Positions 51,622-64,000 of a stretch of 64,000 nt of DNA are shown one piece after another. Made by a program: the position numbers and the translations under genes. Source of the stretch: Camelus dromedarius. Taxonomy: Eukaryota. Under the pieces are notes generated by a model. The model made no database searches, was not told the origin of the DNA, and saw only the letters and a list, made by a program, of their open reading frames with translations. The DNA is taken from NCBI RefSeq assembly GCF_036321535.1, contig NC_087436.1, positions 110,052,001-110,116,000 of the forward strand, given 5' to 3'. Numbering within the stretch: the stretch's first letter is position 1; the number at the start of each line of letters is the position of its first letter.

Positions 51622-51717
51622 CATTTGGCTGGAATTGTCTCGGTTATGAAATACTTTATTACATACTCCAACTAAACAACTAAATTCCTCTTTTAAATGC
51701 AAAATAGCACATAGGCC

Positions 51718-51965
51718 ATGTGGTACATGAAAAGAGTAAGGGATTTGGAATTTTTTAGAACTGAATTCAAAGCCAGGTTTGGTTGCTTATTAAATATGTG
51801 TCTGTAGGCAAATTAATTTACCTGAGGCTCCACATCTCTTTATCCACCTGTCTATCCATTTATCTATATATGATAAAGATAATGATAGCTACTTCTTAGT
51901 ACCAACTTAGAATTCAATGAGTAATTTATCTAAAGTCTATACAATGCCTGGCACATAGGGAGTAC
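51718..51965 (+). mobile_element. MIR
   Basis: gtggtacatgaaaagag...ggcaaattaattt...acaatgcctggcacatagg. Confidence 0.7.
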
Positions 51966-52649
51966 CCAGTCTGACACAATTATTATTGTAACTAAACTCT
52001 ACAGACGTATTTAAATTGAAAATCAAAGTGAAATCAAAGACAATATGGAGATACCTAGTCCTGGAGGGTTTTCTGATTTTCTTCCGGAATTGAATTTTTT
52101 ATGTAGTGAAGATGGAAAGAATAGCAGATGTTCACTTCTGAATTTTGTAATCTTTAAACCATTGACAAAAAAATGCCTCAATGAGCACTAAAAATACTGA
52201 GGTTAATCAAGATGCTGGAGTTAGTCTATCACAGTTAAATTAGTATCAAAATTATTCAAGGCTTCATAAAGACATCCAACTGTGCTCTCCAAATGTAGAC
52301 ACAGAATATCCAAATTGGAGAGCATAACAAGAATGGTAAAATTCACAGAAATTCTTAAAACGCTTAATATTTACCTGAGATGTCAAATATGACAAACTGA
52401 TAGTCATTTTGAATAAAATAACAAGATCCAACATATTGAAGTTATATAACTATGGGTACTGATGATCTCATTTAAATTATATAAAGGAATATTTGGAAGG
52501 GTTTGTATGGTATTCACAGATCTTGGGACATGTGGACACATGGAAAATTAAATTCATGGAAGAGTCTGTGTTTACTAATTTTGGCAGAAAATATGAATGT
52601 GTAGAGAGTCTTCACATGTTAATATTTGTTTCACAAAAAGTGAACTACC

Positions 52650-53090
52650 ATTCTCATTCATTCTTGCATACATATATTCATTCATTTAATAAACACATAC
52701 TGAGTACGGCCAGAGGCATTAGTGTTATGGAGATGAATAAAAACGTCCCCAGACTTTCTTGCAACTGACCATTTGATGGGTGTTTCGCATACAGGCTCAT
52801 AATTTTAGTAACAAAATATCATAGGATAATGAAGGTGAAATATACAAATTCATCATGCATGGATCACAGAGGTTATCTCAGAGGAGGTAATATATGACTT
52901 GCATCTTAAAATAGAGAAGTTTGGCTGCTAGGAAAAAAAAAAAGAGAAGAATAAAGACATTATAGAAAGAATAAACAAGCATACATTAAAGCAAGGAGGA
53001 ATTGTGTGCATGGCCTTTAGTGTACAAGGATGGTACCTGGTAGTGTAGATTTCTCAAGGCAGTTTTAGACCATATTGTGATGGCCCTTGT
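52650..53090 (-). mobile_element. L2 3' region
   Basis: cattcatttaataaacacatactgagtac...gagatgaataaaa...tctcagaggaggtaa. Confidence 0.7.
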
Positions 53091-53779
53091 GTGATAAACC
53101 AAAATGGCAGTCTTTTGCCTTATAGTGTCCTTTCCCACAGCCCCCTACTCTGCCCACTGAGTACTGACTACGTGTCAACCACTCTGCTAAGAAATTTATT
53201 GACTTATTTAACACTGGCAACAACTGTAAAAGCAATTAATATCAATCCATGCAAGAACAGGCATTTGAAGCTTAACAAAATTAAATAATTGTGATTGATT
53301 TTCTGTCTAATTACAGAGCCCACATTCATAACCTATACATAATATATGTTTTCAATATGATTGTTGGAACAAAAGAAGAAAGTTAACACAAACAGGAAAA
53401 TACAAACAAAATGCCATCAATGAAAGTTTGCCTGATTGGGCACTTGTAATTAACTTAGAGACATGAATTATTTAAGTTATAAAAACAGTGTAGATTAGAA
53501 GGGAAAGGGATTGCGAGCCCACTGTGTGTGGGCTGACTAAAAATCACAGGAGTGAAGTGAAGAATTTCATAAAGAGCTAACATACTAATTATTAAAAAAT
53601 CATGGTCAAGTTCTGAATCCGTGTCTGTGAAAACAAAACAGTATGAGCTGGAATCCCTGGTTTAAGTTGGCAGAGTGTAACAGCAAATACCCAAGTCCTC
53701 TAAGGAATAACATTCTAATATGTGGCTACTCATTTTTCTTGAAGGGACTGATTTTGTGTGCTTATATTTTCAAAAAAAT

Positions 53780-54170
53780 ATCTGCTATTCAGCATACCAT
53801 TGACTACCACTGGGTATCTGCACTTGTTTTGCTGCTGAACTGTCTCAAATATTTATAGTCTGTGGGTCCACTGGGGCATCCACTTAGGATCAGCTAGGCT
53901 TGGTTCTGCACTGTGAGTTAGGTTCAGCACTGCTCTGTGTGTTTTCTAATTACTACTTTTTAATCAAAAGTTACTCATAGCATGTTTTTTATAGAAAACC
54001 GGTGCTCAAAATGGCAAGGCAAACCAGACCCACATATCTAAGTCTACTAAGATAATTTTAAGCACTGAAAATCACATGGCCAAGTCCAACATCATGGTCC
54101 TGGAAAATACACTCCACCCACAGTAGAAGTTATGTGGAGTTACAAGAAAAAGATATGTATGTTCTCCACA
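53780..54170 (-). mobile_element. MaLR LTR (MLT1I/J-like)
   Basis: gatcagctaggcttgg...ttaggttcagcactgctc...aatcacatggccaagtccaacatca...aaatacactccaccc. Confidence 0.55.
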
Positions 54171-54505
54171 ATGCCAATAAAAATGTCAGCTGATAGAGGC
54201 AGTTGCACTTGTTAAGTGGGAAAAAAAAATTGCATACTTTATCTTGAATGTTGAATGTCTCATAAGTTTTGGCCATGAGATGATCAGCAAACATTTTTAT
54301 GGCTCTAAATATCATTTTATAGTCATTTCTCATGTCATGACAGAGTAGATTATTTTAAAAAATAATAGTTTTTAAAATAATGTATTTTTAAATTTATTTA
54401 GCTAATGGCAATTTAACTACACTGCATCTCAATGTGCTGAAAGCAACTGAAAAAAAGAAGTAATGATACCAGCTGTTAGACTATCTATGGGGTGACATTA
54501 CCAAA

Positions 54506-54868
54506 TGCTAATGTCTGAATGTTTGTGTCCCACCAAAATTCATATGTTGAAGTCCTAACTTCCAAAGATGATGGCGTTAGGAGGTGGGTGTTTGGGAGGC
54601 GCTTAGTTCTTGAGAGTGCAGCCTTTGTGAATGGGATTAGTGCTATTATAAAAGAGGCTTTGGAGATCCCTTGTCCCATCCACCACGTGAGGACAGAGAG
54701 AGAGGACATCAGTTATGAACCAGAAAGGTGACATTTACCAGAACTCAACCATATTGGCATCTTGAGCTTGGACTTCCAGCCTCTGGAACTGTGAGAAACA
54801 AGGTTCTGCTCTTTCTGAGCTACGTATTCTGTGGTGTTTTGTTAAAGCAGCCCAAACAGACTAAGATA
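54506..54868 (+). mobile_element. MaLR solo LTR, MLT1A0-like
   Basis: tctgaatgtttgtgtcccaccaaaattcatatgttgaagtcctaa...tgaatgggattagtgc...ttggacttccagcctctggaactgtgaga...acagactaagata. Confidence 0.9.
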
Positions 54869-55069
54869 CGTTTGTTACCTCTGGACAAATCAACATACCA
54901 TGTGTGATGTTTTGGCATATATGAATCTGATATGAGAGTGAGGGTTAACTCATAAATAAATCATCATAAAATCATGGAAATTATGGTCATTGTCCCATGA
55001 ATCATTTTGTGACTACCATTTTGGGGAACTCTTTATAGAGTGCTAGTTAAAATTCCACAGTGTATAGGC

Positions 55070-55225
55070 CAATGATTTAATATTTTTGAGTTTCATTTTC
55101 TTCTATAAAATGGAGATAATACTACCTACCTTTTGGAATTACTGTATGGATTAAATGAGATAATTTCTGTAACAGGCAAATCATGGTGCCTAGAAGATAG
55201 AAATACATTAACTACTGTAATTATT
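55070..55225 (+). mobile_element. MIR
   Basis: ctataaaatggagataatactacctacc...ggattaaatgagataat. Confidence 0.8.
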
Positions 55226-56694
55226 TTTATTATAATAATTGTCTCTCTCAACCATAATTTCCTCTTCTGTACAAGATATATGGTAATACATATTTGTGAG
55301 CATTCTCAGGGCTGTATATGCATATCCTGAGGGCATCTAAAGTCAGTTCCTTGCAATTTCTGATTTCTTTCAACCAAGGAACTTGAAAGAGAAACTGGTA
55401 GCATTTCACTGAAACACAAGAGAAGAAACGATTTTAAACCCAGAAGATAGAATTGAAAATAAAAAAAATGAAACTCAGAACATTCAGGCAGGAAATTGTA
55501 GTCTGTCTAGAGAGAAGAGAAGCAGGTACTTGGAGGAAATGAGAACGAATATTAGAATAGGCAATAAAGTGAGAAAAGGGAGCTTCATAAAGGAAAGGAA
55601 GCTGTACTTGTAGTTGAAGATGGAAATCAATTTAATTCCTTTGGAAAGAATGGTAGAATGTTGGCAGCATTTTTTTGAACATTTGGGAAAAAATAAAAAT
55701 GTGGCTTTTAAAGAAAACTATGAATATATTACCGAAAATCCCACCATCCAATACTGTCTTCCAAAGAAAAGTAAAAATACAACTCTTTTCTCGTAGATCT
55801 ATAGCCTTTGAAAACCTTCCTAATATTATATTTGAAATTTATTTTGGACCCATTTAAAAAATATCAAATATTCTATAGTTTCTTCCACAGATGAGCTCTC
55901 AAACAAAACATTTATCTTCTAATGTTTGTTCTAAAATTGACTGGTAAGTTGAATTTCCCAGGGCCAGAATATGCTTTAGCACTGTCACTTTTGAATTTTG
56001 AAGGAAACATCAGCTTTCCCAAGTTCAAATTCTACTCAACAATGACAAAACATCATTTTCTGATATGTAAGAAAAAAATACTTTATCTGTGCATGCATTT
56101 GTGTCTTTTCTTTTTTTATACAGGGCATCCAGTATATTGGAACATCACAAAACTCATAAAGGTCACTTAATAAATAAATCAAAATTGTAGTATCTAGTTT
56201 TGCTTTGAAAACAACATAGAACAACGAACTAGAGGGAAATATTTAGCATGAGAGAAAACCCAAACCTCTCAAAATAATTTAGAGCACATTCATAAACTTA
56301 TAAAAATATTGATATCAGTTTGTATATGTGACAAAGGACATAGACTATCTTTACAGTAATACTGATGAAATATTTTAGGCTTTTTAAAAATGTCAAATCA
56401 TTATATATCTATAATGCATGCATAGAAAAATCTTATATATGAAGATATTGGCTAATAATTAGAAAGACAAATCCTTGTTTATTATGACAAATTATTAAAT
56501 AAAAATTAAGTTACAAGGACCTGTAGAACAGATTAGGGTGCAAACTATTTTTGAAATAACTAATCTACCTTAAAAAAATGTTTTCTCCTATTTAGGAATT
56601 ACTTCAGTATTACCTTCCCTGTGGAATATGCTGCGTTGTATATTCAGATTTAACACTGTGTAAGCATTTGAGCTGTTAAATATTTCAGTTCTCT

Positions 56695-57040
56695 TTTTCT
56701 AAACACGTTGTGCCTCTCTACTTCCTCTGAGGGTAAGTGTGGTCAAACACTTGGTTGGACCAGTGAAACATACGGGAGAGTGAAGTGTGTCTCTTCCAGG
56801 TAGAAGCTTTAAGATTCAGTGTGTGATATGTCATGTGTTCCTGGTCATGGTGATTATTAACGCCTGTGTCAAGATCGAGCCTTTGTTAGGGCAATCTCTG
56901 GGTGTCTATTAATAACTAGAGCAACCTGCCTTCCTGCATTTAACATACAGAGGGAGAGAGAAATAAAATTCCATCATGTTAAGGCATACGAATTGTGGGG
57001 ATTATTTGTTGCCACAGCATAATTTATCTTGACCAACAGC
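56695..57040 (+). mobile_element. MaLR LTR (MLT1J-like)
   Basis: gaagtgtgtctcttccaggtagaagctttaaga...gagagaaataaa...ggggattatttgttgccacagcataa. Confidence 0.7.
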
Positions 57041-58399
57041 ACTTTTCTTACTTCGGTGATTTGATATTCATATATTTATACATAAAGTTATATATTGAGC
57101 TGACAGCTCTTCATACTACATGATCTAATCAAGTATCTGTGATTTCATTAAACTGCAAGTATTTTTAGTATTCAATTCCTAAATTTTCTTTTAGGCATTA
57201 CTTGGCATATAGTAGAAACTAAAATGTGTTTTCTAAATAAATACTATTAAAAAGTAGTTACACGATACATTATTACTTTATTGACTTCAGTGTTCTGAAA
57301 AATTATAAAATTTGCAAATTTTATGTTTATTAATGGCAGTCAATCAAAAACATGTATCATTTATATCTGAAATAGTAAACAATTGAGAAATAAAAGTGTA
57401 ATTAAGCATTACTTAATTTTGATGTTTATAGCCTGAAAATTAAATCTCTTTCAACCACACATATACAGTCAATAGAATACACTTTCAAACTGTCAAAATA
57501 GGAACACATAGAATATGTGGAACTAGAAAGAAGAAAAATAAATGGTATCTATCAATAGTAATAAATGTACCTTAGTTAACTGGATAAAGGTCAAGTCCCT
57601 CTGACATACAAGTGAGCTCACAGTCCATTTCACTATCAGCAAGGTGTTTTCTCCATATATTTGAAAAGTACAATTTAATAAATTTTAAAGGCAGTTAGTA
57701 TGTATTCCCATATAATGAATAATTTTATTTTCTATTAGTCAAAATTTTCCCTCACACTTTAAAACAAAATTGGTTTCTACCTATCTCTAATCAAAACACC
57801 TTTGCTTGTTTTCACGAGGAAAGATTTTACTAATGCATAAACTGCTTCTCACTTGGAGTCTTCAATCTGTACTCATAACACACTGGAAAGTATCTAGGAA
57901 AGACACCTGGTAAACAAGAACTAAAATTTTTGTTACACTATTTCATAAAATTGAATTGAAATTTTAAGGTGCAATCTTCTGTGCTTCAATTTTTGTTTAT
58001 ACTGATTCCAAGAAGTCCTTTAAAAATGTAAAGCTGATTTTACAAATGTATGCAAGTTAATTGTATTTTAACTACTACCAACTCTGATTTTGCCACTTGC
58101 TTTTATTGAGACTTGTGGCTATAGTCACATAATCACACCTAGTCCTTTTCCCGATACAGTGAAAATTCAAATCGCATCAGTGCAGTACAAGGGCAAAGAA
58201 ATGGAAGCTATTATTTGTGGTTGTGTAAAAAAGTGTGAAGAAGGACTTGAATTTTTCAAATTTCAGCTTTAATTTGTAAAGATACAGCTTCTGCATTTTA
58301 TATTTTTCAAGTTACTGCAAGGCACATCCATAGAGACGCTCCGTAAATCATTGCCAAGCACTACATGTGATACTTTCCATATCTTTCTGTCAGTAAGAA

Positions 58400-58852
58400 A
58401 AAGCATTACTGAATTATGCAATTGAGGAGAGTTTGATAAAGGGATTATATTCAAGGATGTGGAGGGTTTAGATAAAAAATGTGAATCTGTGCATTACTCC
58501 TAGAGCTGGTGATAGCAGGGGCGTTTCCCACTTTTGGGTCTGAGGAAATAATGCAGCAGCATGATTATGGAACCTAGCATGGCAAGGGCATGGAGAGAGT
58601 CAGGGGTTGACAGGGACTATGACCTACAGTAGAAGGACATATCCAACTGTGGTGACCCAAGGGGACAAAAGCCAGGGTAGTAGATTCCCCGACCTCATTC
58701 CCCTCCCTCCTTCTGATGCTGACCTGTGCTTCCCACTGACCACACCCAGATGACAACCAGACAGCCAGAAGGGAACACTGGGCTGCAGTCCTCAGGTGGC
58801 CAGTCTTCTGGAGCATAGAGTGGATACCATGGGCAAGCTGACTATATCAAAC
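58400..58852. mobile_element. Ancient ERVL-class LTR (LTR67B/LTR79-like)
   Basis: ttgaggagagtttgataaagggattatattcaagg...cttcccactgacc...caaccagacagccagaaggg. Confidence 0.55.
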
Positions 58853-61540
58853 ACCTACTCCTTTCTGTCTATAAATTTTAGGGCTTTAAACCATGTAGTC
58901 AACAAGCCACTCAGTACTTTTCCAGCAAGAATTGTGCCTTACCTAATTAATTGATTAATTAATTATATCTTAACTGAAATAAGATAGAACATTACCACCA
59001 CCACCATACACGTATTAAGTCAGCTTTCCATTTTTAAAGGACTACTTCCCATTATCCAGTTCCACTATGGGCTCAGAACAAACAAAGATCGAGGCACAGA
59101 TGATTGTATTCTACAATTTCAATTATAAATTAATTGCTTATTGATAACTTACTTTGAACAAAGCTAAACACTTTTAAAAATAGGTTATAATGCTAGAGTT
59201 TCTTCCTTTAATAATTTCATTTAATAGGAAACAGAGATATGGCAAGAAAACAAGATAATGAGTATCGGTACTTGCTATGGTACTGATATGAATATGAGTG
59301 AATAGAGGACAGGCAAATGAATTTTCTTAGAGAAGTCTGTAAAGAACACCTTTAGAATACTGGATTCGATTTTAAAAATATTATTAAAAATACTATTAAA
59401 AAATAAAACAAGAAATACTTCTATCGGGATGGTGAAGTTGGTATCAAATTTCCGTCACATACAAGTCAATTATATGATGGAAAATAAGAATTGAAAAAGG
59501 CTACCATAAAGCAAAACAGGCCTTATTAGCCATATATCAAATGCCCTAATAATCTGTATGTTAACCTGAATCTGGCTTTTGGCAGACTGTCCTGCTTACT
59601 TAGTAGGTCCCCTTTACTCCTTCCCTCTCACACTGGCATTGCTCCAGGCAGTATGATTTCCTTTTTGTGGTTATTTAGTGAGATTCCTCATATTGGTCAT
59701 CAGAAATCCCACACCCAGAGTAAAAATATTAACACTTAAGCATCCTGTCTTGTTAAATAACTCTTCCCACCTGACCCCTTAAATAAAGACTTATTTTGAT
59801 GACTAATAAAATGAACAGTGTTTTTCTTCTCCATTTTCTTAGTGTAATGGGATGTCATTTGTCAAATTTTCCATTCCTTTTTTTGTTGTTGTATAAATGC
59901 CTATATCTGTCCTAGGGGCCCAAATAACTTTGACACTGTTAGAAAATATGGCCACTTGGTTGGAACTATTACAAATAAATAACATCTAAGAAAAATTTCA
60001 CCCAGAAATATCCTATTAGAATGAGACTGGCTTGTTCCCCTTTGTCTAGGCTACTTTGGGGAATCAATAAGCTATAATGGAAGGTGAGTGTGTTTTGGAG
60101 CTAGACATATTTGTCCTTGAACCCTTTCCATCACCTCACTAGCTGTCTGAATTTGGAGCCACTCTACGTTTTGAAGACCTAATTTACTGCTTGTAGTTTT
60201 TCTGTAGGATATCACAGTTCTTTTGAAGGGATAGTACGTTTATATATAGTACATACATAGGAGTAAATAGCAGTTTACTTCCCAAACCTTAGTGTCTACA
60301 TCTAAAACAAAAGTATAACACGTATTTCAGATTCACCATGAGGCTGAATAAACTTATGGCTATGGGTAGGAAAGATCTGCAAGTATTAGGAGTACAGTTC
60401 AAGGCCCCGTCTTCACTAACTAGGAAGTGTAACTTTGCTCAGTTTACTTTTTGGTAAAATAGGAGAATAATAGTGACCATCAAATTAATTTGTTGTCAAT
60501 TTTTAATGAGTTGATGGAGCTTAAATGCTTGCTACAGTATTAAGGTAATAGTCAGCATTCAATATAATTGTTTCTTTACATAGAAGTCTGGTAAATTCCT
60601 ATTTCCTTCTTCTGAAAACCCTTGAGTCCCCTTTAAGAGTTTTATAGGGCATACCAAATAGGACAATTTGAGAGAAGGGAAGTTGTTGCTCACTACTCTT
60701 CCTGTTCCTCCCCTCCAATTCTTTTGTGGTTCCCCACACCCTGCCCTCCCTTCACTGTCCCTTTTTTCTCTTAAGGAATTGTTTTGTCTAGCAAGGAGCT
60801 ATAAAGGACACATAGCAAAGAAAGACATAAAAATGCCTTTTGGTGACAGAGTATACATGCCAGGGGGAGGCAAGCTGCCACGGAGATCTCAGCCAGCTGC
60901 CATGGGAAACTCATACCTGCATAATCAGTCTAGATGAAAGTCAGGAGCTTCCTTCCATGATGAAATGCCGGGCTGGGGCTGTCAAGAAGTCCACATTCAA
61001 TCACAACTGCAGAGTAGGAACACAGAGGGAGGCCAAGGCAATATTAAAGTTAATTGTAATTGAAAACCATGGAAGGGTTTCATAGTATCTAAGGTGATGG
61101 GAAATGACCAGGCTTGGAGCCTATGAAGGATGGTGGAGAGAAAGGCTGTGTGAGCTAGTATTTCTTTATCAAGGATGCAGTTTACATAAAGAAGGAAAAA
61201 AGAAAGGTTCACAGCCGTAATCTCCCTACCTTAGATAAAGATTGTATGGCTAAGGTACAGGTCACCAAAAGCTTGCTGAGCAGATTTTCTTGCAGGGTAC
61301 TTTGCGGACCAGGATGTGTGTGTTTGAACACCGTGTTCACATTCCAGCATGACTTCTCTGCTCTTATTTTTTAATCTTTATGTGTTACATAACCTGTGCT
61401 GTTTAAAATTCTATCTGTTCCTCAAGAGAAAACATAAATCGATGGAAAGAAAGCCCATGAGACTGTTTAAAAGGGAAAAGGATAAGAGAATCAAAATGTG
61501 AGTTAAAATGAAAAACAAAGCAAAACAACATAAAAAGGGA

Positions 61541-61618
61541 ATCTATGTATATATTTATACCTATCTAGCTATCTATATTTATATTTATAGATCTCTCTCT
61601 CTATATATAAATAGATTT
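61541..61618. repeat. (TA/TATC) low-complexity tract
   Basis: atctatgtatatatttatacctatctagctatctatatttatatttatagatctctctctctatatata. Confidence 0.7.
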
Positions 61619-61659
61619 ATCTTATTTTTTTTCTTCTGAGAAAGGACTTTGATGATATT

Positions 61660-62130
61660 CTGTTGAAGGTATTGGGGGCTGATCTAGGAAAAAGATATGA
61701 CCATGATAGGCAGCACCCCAGTGCTCTTTGTTGGGTGGTCTGGACAGGGTTCCTTAAGAGGAAGAGCCCCCAGGGGACCACCATCCAGATGGGGAGATGG
61801 GCAAGGGAACTCCTGGGGGAGAGGGGGATCCAGAAGGGGCTCACATGTCTAGGGGATGTTGCTAGCAGCTGGTAGGAGTCTCTGGTTCAGAGACCTCAGA
61901 GAGACAGCTCCGGAGTCTAACAACCATGGGGCTCTCTCTTATCAATGGCCAGCAGATGTGAGGTGAGTTTCCACTGGCTGTGCAAAGAAGGCAGGTTTTT
62001 AACTTCTAAAAATCCACATATTGAATTATTTTAAAAGTAACTGCATGTGTAAAAATTTGAAGTTGGGGCCTGCAGGCTTTTGAGCTAACCAGTCTGAGCC
62101 TGCATTGAAGGAATAAGAACCTAGACCCCA
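61660..62130. mobile_element. Probable ancient LTR of uncertain family
   Basis: abrupt G-rich block starting tgttgaagg in AT-rich surroundings; family not recognised. Confidence 0.35.
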
Positions 62131-62564
62131 ATACATGAAGGCCGTCTTTGGCTCATTTATATGGTACAGTACCACCAGCTGTTTTACCTGTAACTATTAC
62201 CATAGTTACTGAGTGTGGCCTGGAATATGCCCCAAACAGTATCAGCAGCCTCTACCCTGTCTTGGACCTGGAAATCATGCATCTGTAGGCACTGAGGTGA
62301 AAGCGGTAAGTGAGGAGCTGAATAACAAAGTCAACATTTAGTGTGTCCCCTCTTAGCCCATTCTTCCTGACTGTGGCCACTGATGCCTTATACAAAGCCA
62401 CAGTTGGAATGCTAGAGTACCTGGATAAATGCATAGATATGTGTGAACATCTAGGGATCCAGAGCCTCCCTTGTGCTTCTCTTGAATGGAGTAGGTCAGC
62501 ACCATCGGGAAACGGAGTGTTCCATTTCAATTTATAGAACGGGGTGTTTATATACAACCTGAAT

Positions 62565-62945
62565 TCAAGACACTTTGCTAGGAAGCAAAGATGAGTAAAT
62601 GATTCACTGCTCTCAGGAGTCTTGTAAACTAATATGGAGAATAAGATCCATATACAATGGCTGTCCTAAAACAGAATCGGATATGCGACATAGGAGATAG
62701 GAGTGATGTATGTAGAGTGTTGTTGGGGTAAAAGAGAGCACAACCACATCTGATAAACATAAGCTTCTAAAGAGGAGGCGACTGAAAGATGCTTTGCAAG
62801 ATAACTAGGGGGTTGGGAGGTGAAGGTAGGTGAACACAAGGGATTCCTGGTGGAGTTGACTGCATCAGCAGAGAAATGGAGACATGACAGTGACCTCAGA
62901 GGACAACAGGTAATACAATCCAGATAGATGTTAGGGCTGTGGTGG
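62565..62945 (-). mobile_element. L2 fragment
   Basis: cactttgctagg...aaagatgagtaa...ctgctctcaggag...aagcttctaaagaggagg. Confidence 0.6.
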
Positions 62946-63345
62946 ACTTTCTTTTCATTTTTCTTCAGAAGAAAAGAACTGCTAGAAATTGCTTTCCAGT
63001 GTTGGAGTCTAATTTTGTTCTAAGGCAACTTCGTAAAGTCCTTACTCCTATTATTATATCTACATATATATAAATATGTTAATAATGAGTGCCCAAGGCT
63101 TGCTGTTTCCTCCCCAGAAAATGTGTGATACTGCGACTTTTTTCCCAATACCATAAAATAGTGTCTTTACTTAATTACATCCTTTGTACATGTTACATAA
63201 AATTATTCAAGAACATGCTTTTAGGGTTCTATTTAGTTCATGATTTTAATACAACAGTGAACAGATCTGGACTTCCCTCTGTGCTACGGTTACTATAGTT
63301 TTAAATGAAAACCACTTATTCAAACATTATCCATGCATTCACCTC

Positions 63346-63837
63346 TGTAGGAGACAAAAAGATTTTCCCTTCTCATCTATGTTCTTTGGCTGGTCTAGCA
63401 ATTAAATTGACATAAGATAGATGAAGAGGAGAAAAACAAGTTTAATTTCATACACACAGAAGTCCCAAAGATATGAGACTCCCAGAAGTGACCAAAGCAG
63501 GAAGCTTTTATACCATCTAGACAAACAAACAATAAATTTGTGAAGAATTGACAAGACAAAGAAGCTTGGACTTGTGGTAGTAAATTGGTGAAGAGGTAAC
63601 AAGGTTTGTTTACACAGTCTTCTCAGCCCTAAATTCCCCATCTCTGGTGATAAGGATGTCTCTCTACTCCTGGCACAGGAAGGGTACTTTTCACATGGGA
63701 GATTTATTTCCTGCCTTCAGAGGGACAAAGGAGGGTCAGAGTGTTATTGAACCAGCTGTTTCTCAAGTGACTTTCATTTAAAATAATCAATATGCCAGAA
63801 TGGCACACTTTGGAGTGACACATTCTCTCCTCCTTCA
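63346..63837 (-). mobile_element. ERV1-type solo LTR
   Basis: minus strand starts TGAAGG and ends CCTACA; TSD cctc/ccac; aattaaattgacataagatagat, cttttatac (minus-strand TATAAA), aaaataatcaatatgcca. Confidence 0.8.
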
Positions 63838-63967
63838 CCACGCAAAAAAATATCCCTGGAAAATCCACGATATGACTGGTTCAGAGTTTAAGCATGTTGG
63901 AGACACAAAGGTATATTGGACAAAGACTGTTTGAAGGGCTTCAGAGTTATGAAATAAGCATGGAATC

Positions 63968-64000
63968 AATTATTCATTCATTTATTCATTCAGTAAATAC
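63968..64000 (-). mobile_element. L2 3' tail running off the window
   Basis: ttattcattcatttattcattcagtaaatac. Confidence 0.6.

Noticed and set aside
1..64000. The many 60-139 aa ORFs in the ORF track as host genes
   Set aside because: They are short, mostly overlap decayed repeats or microsatellites, and show no recognisable domains or exon chain. Only 43596-43916 has homology (L1 ORF2p).
1..64000. CRISPR arrays, operons, rRNA genes or CpG-island promoters
   Set aside because: The DNA is CpG-depleted mammalian sequence with no repeat-spacer periodicity, rRNA similarity or CpG island.

Overview
This is eutherian mammal, gene-poor (intergenic or deep intronic) DNA. It is most likely camelid: the young L1 3' UTRs and a tRNA-Ala/vic-1-like SINE head look camelid, and I saw no Alu, B1/B2, Bov-tA/BovB, PRE-1 or SINEC elements. 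I can support no host protein-coding exon; the only ORF with recognisable homology is the L1 ORF2p C-terminus at 43596-43916. The window is mostly ancient MIR, L2, MaLR (MLT1), MLT2 and L1M relics plus a few younger insertions. The notable observations are: (1) two ~95% identical ERV1-type solo LTRs in inverted orientation 3.4 kb apart, with a third solo LTR and a CTCF-like motif between them; (2) a 38-nt tailless 5'-half tRNA-Ala/SINE retrocopy with an 18-bp target-site duplication (TSD); (3) a young L1 whose 5' truncation joins an ancient L1 apparently in homologous register; (4) a near-perfect 87/89-bp tandem duplication; (5) a MER53 hairpin (miR-1302 family source) broken by a microsatellite; (6) several repeat-free, homeodomain-motif-rich islands that may be enhancers. 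I found no convincing evidence of a new biological system. Repeat subfamily names are recalled by eye from consensus sequences, and boundaries are approximate unless a TSD is quoted.
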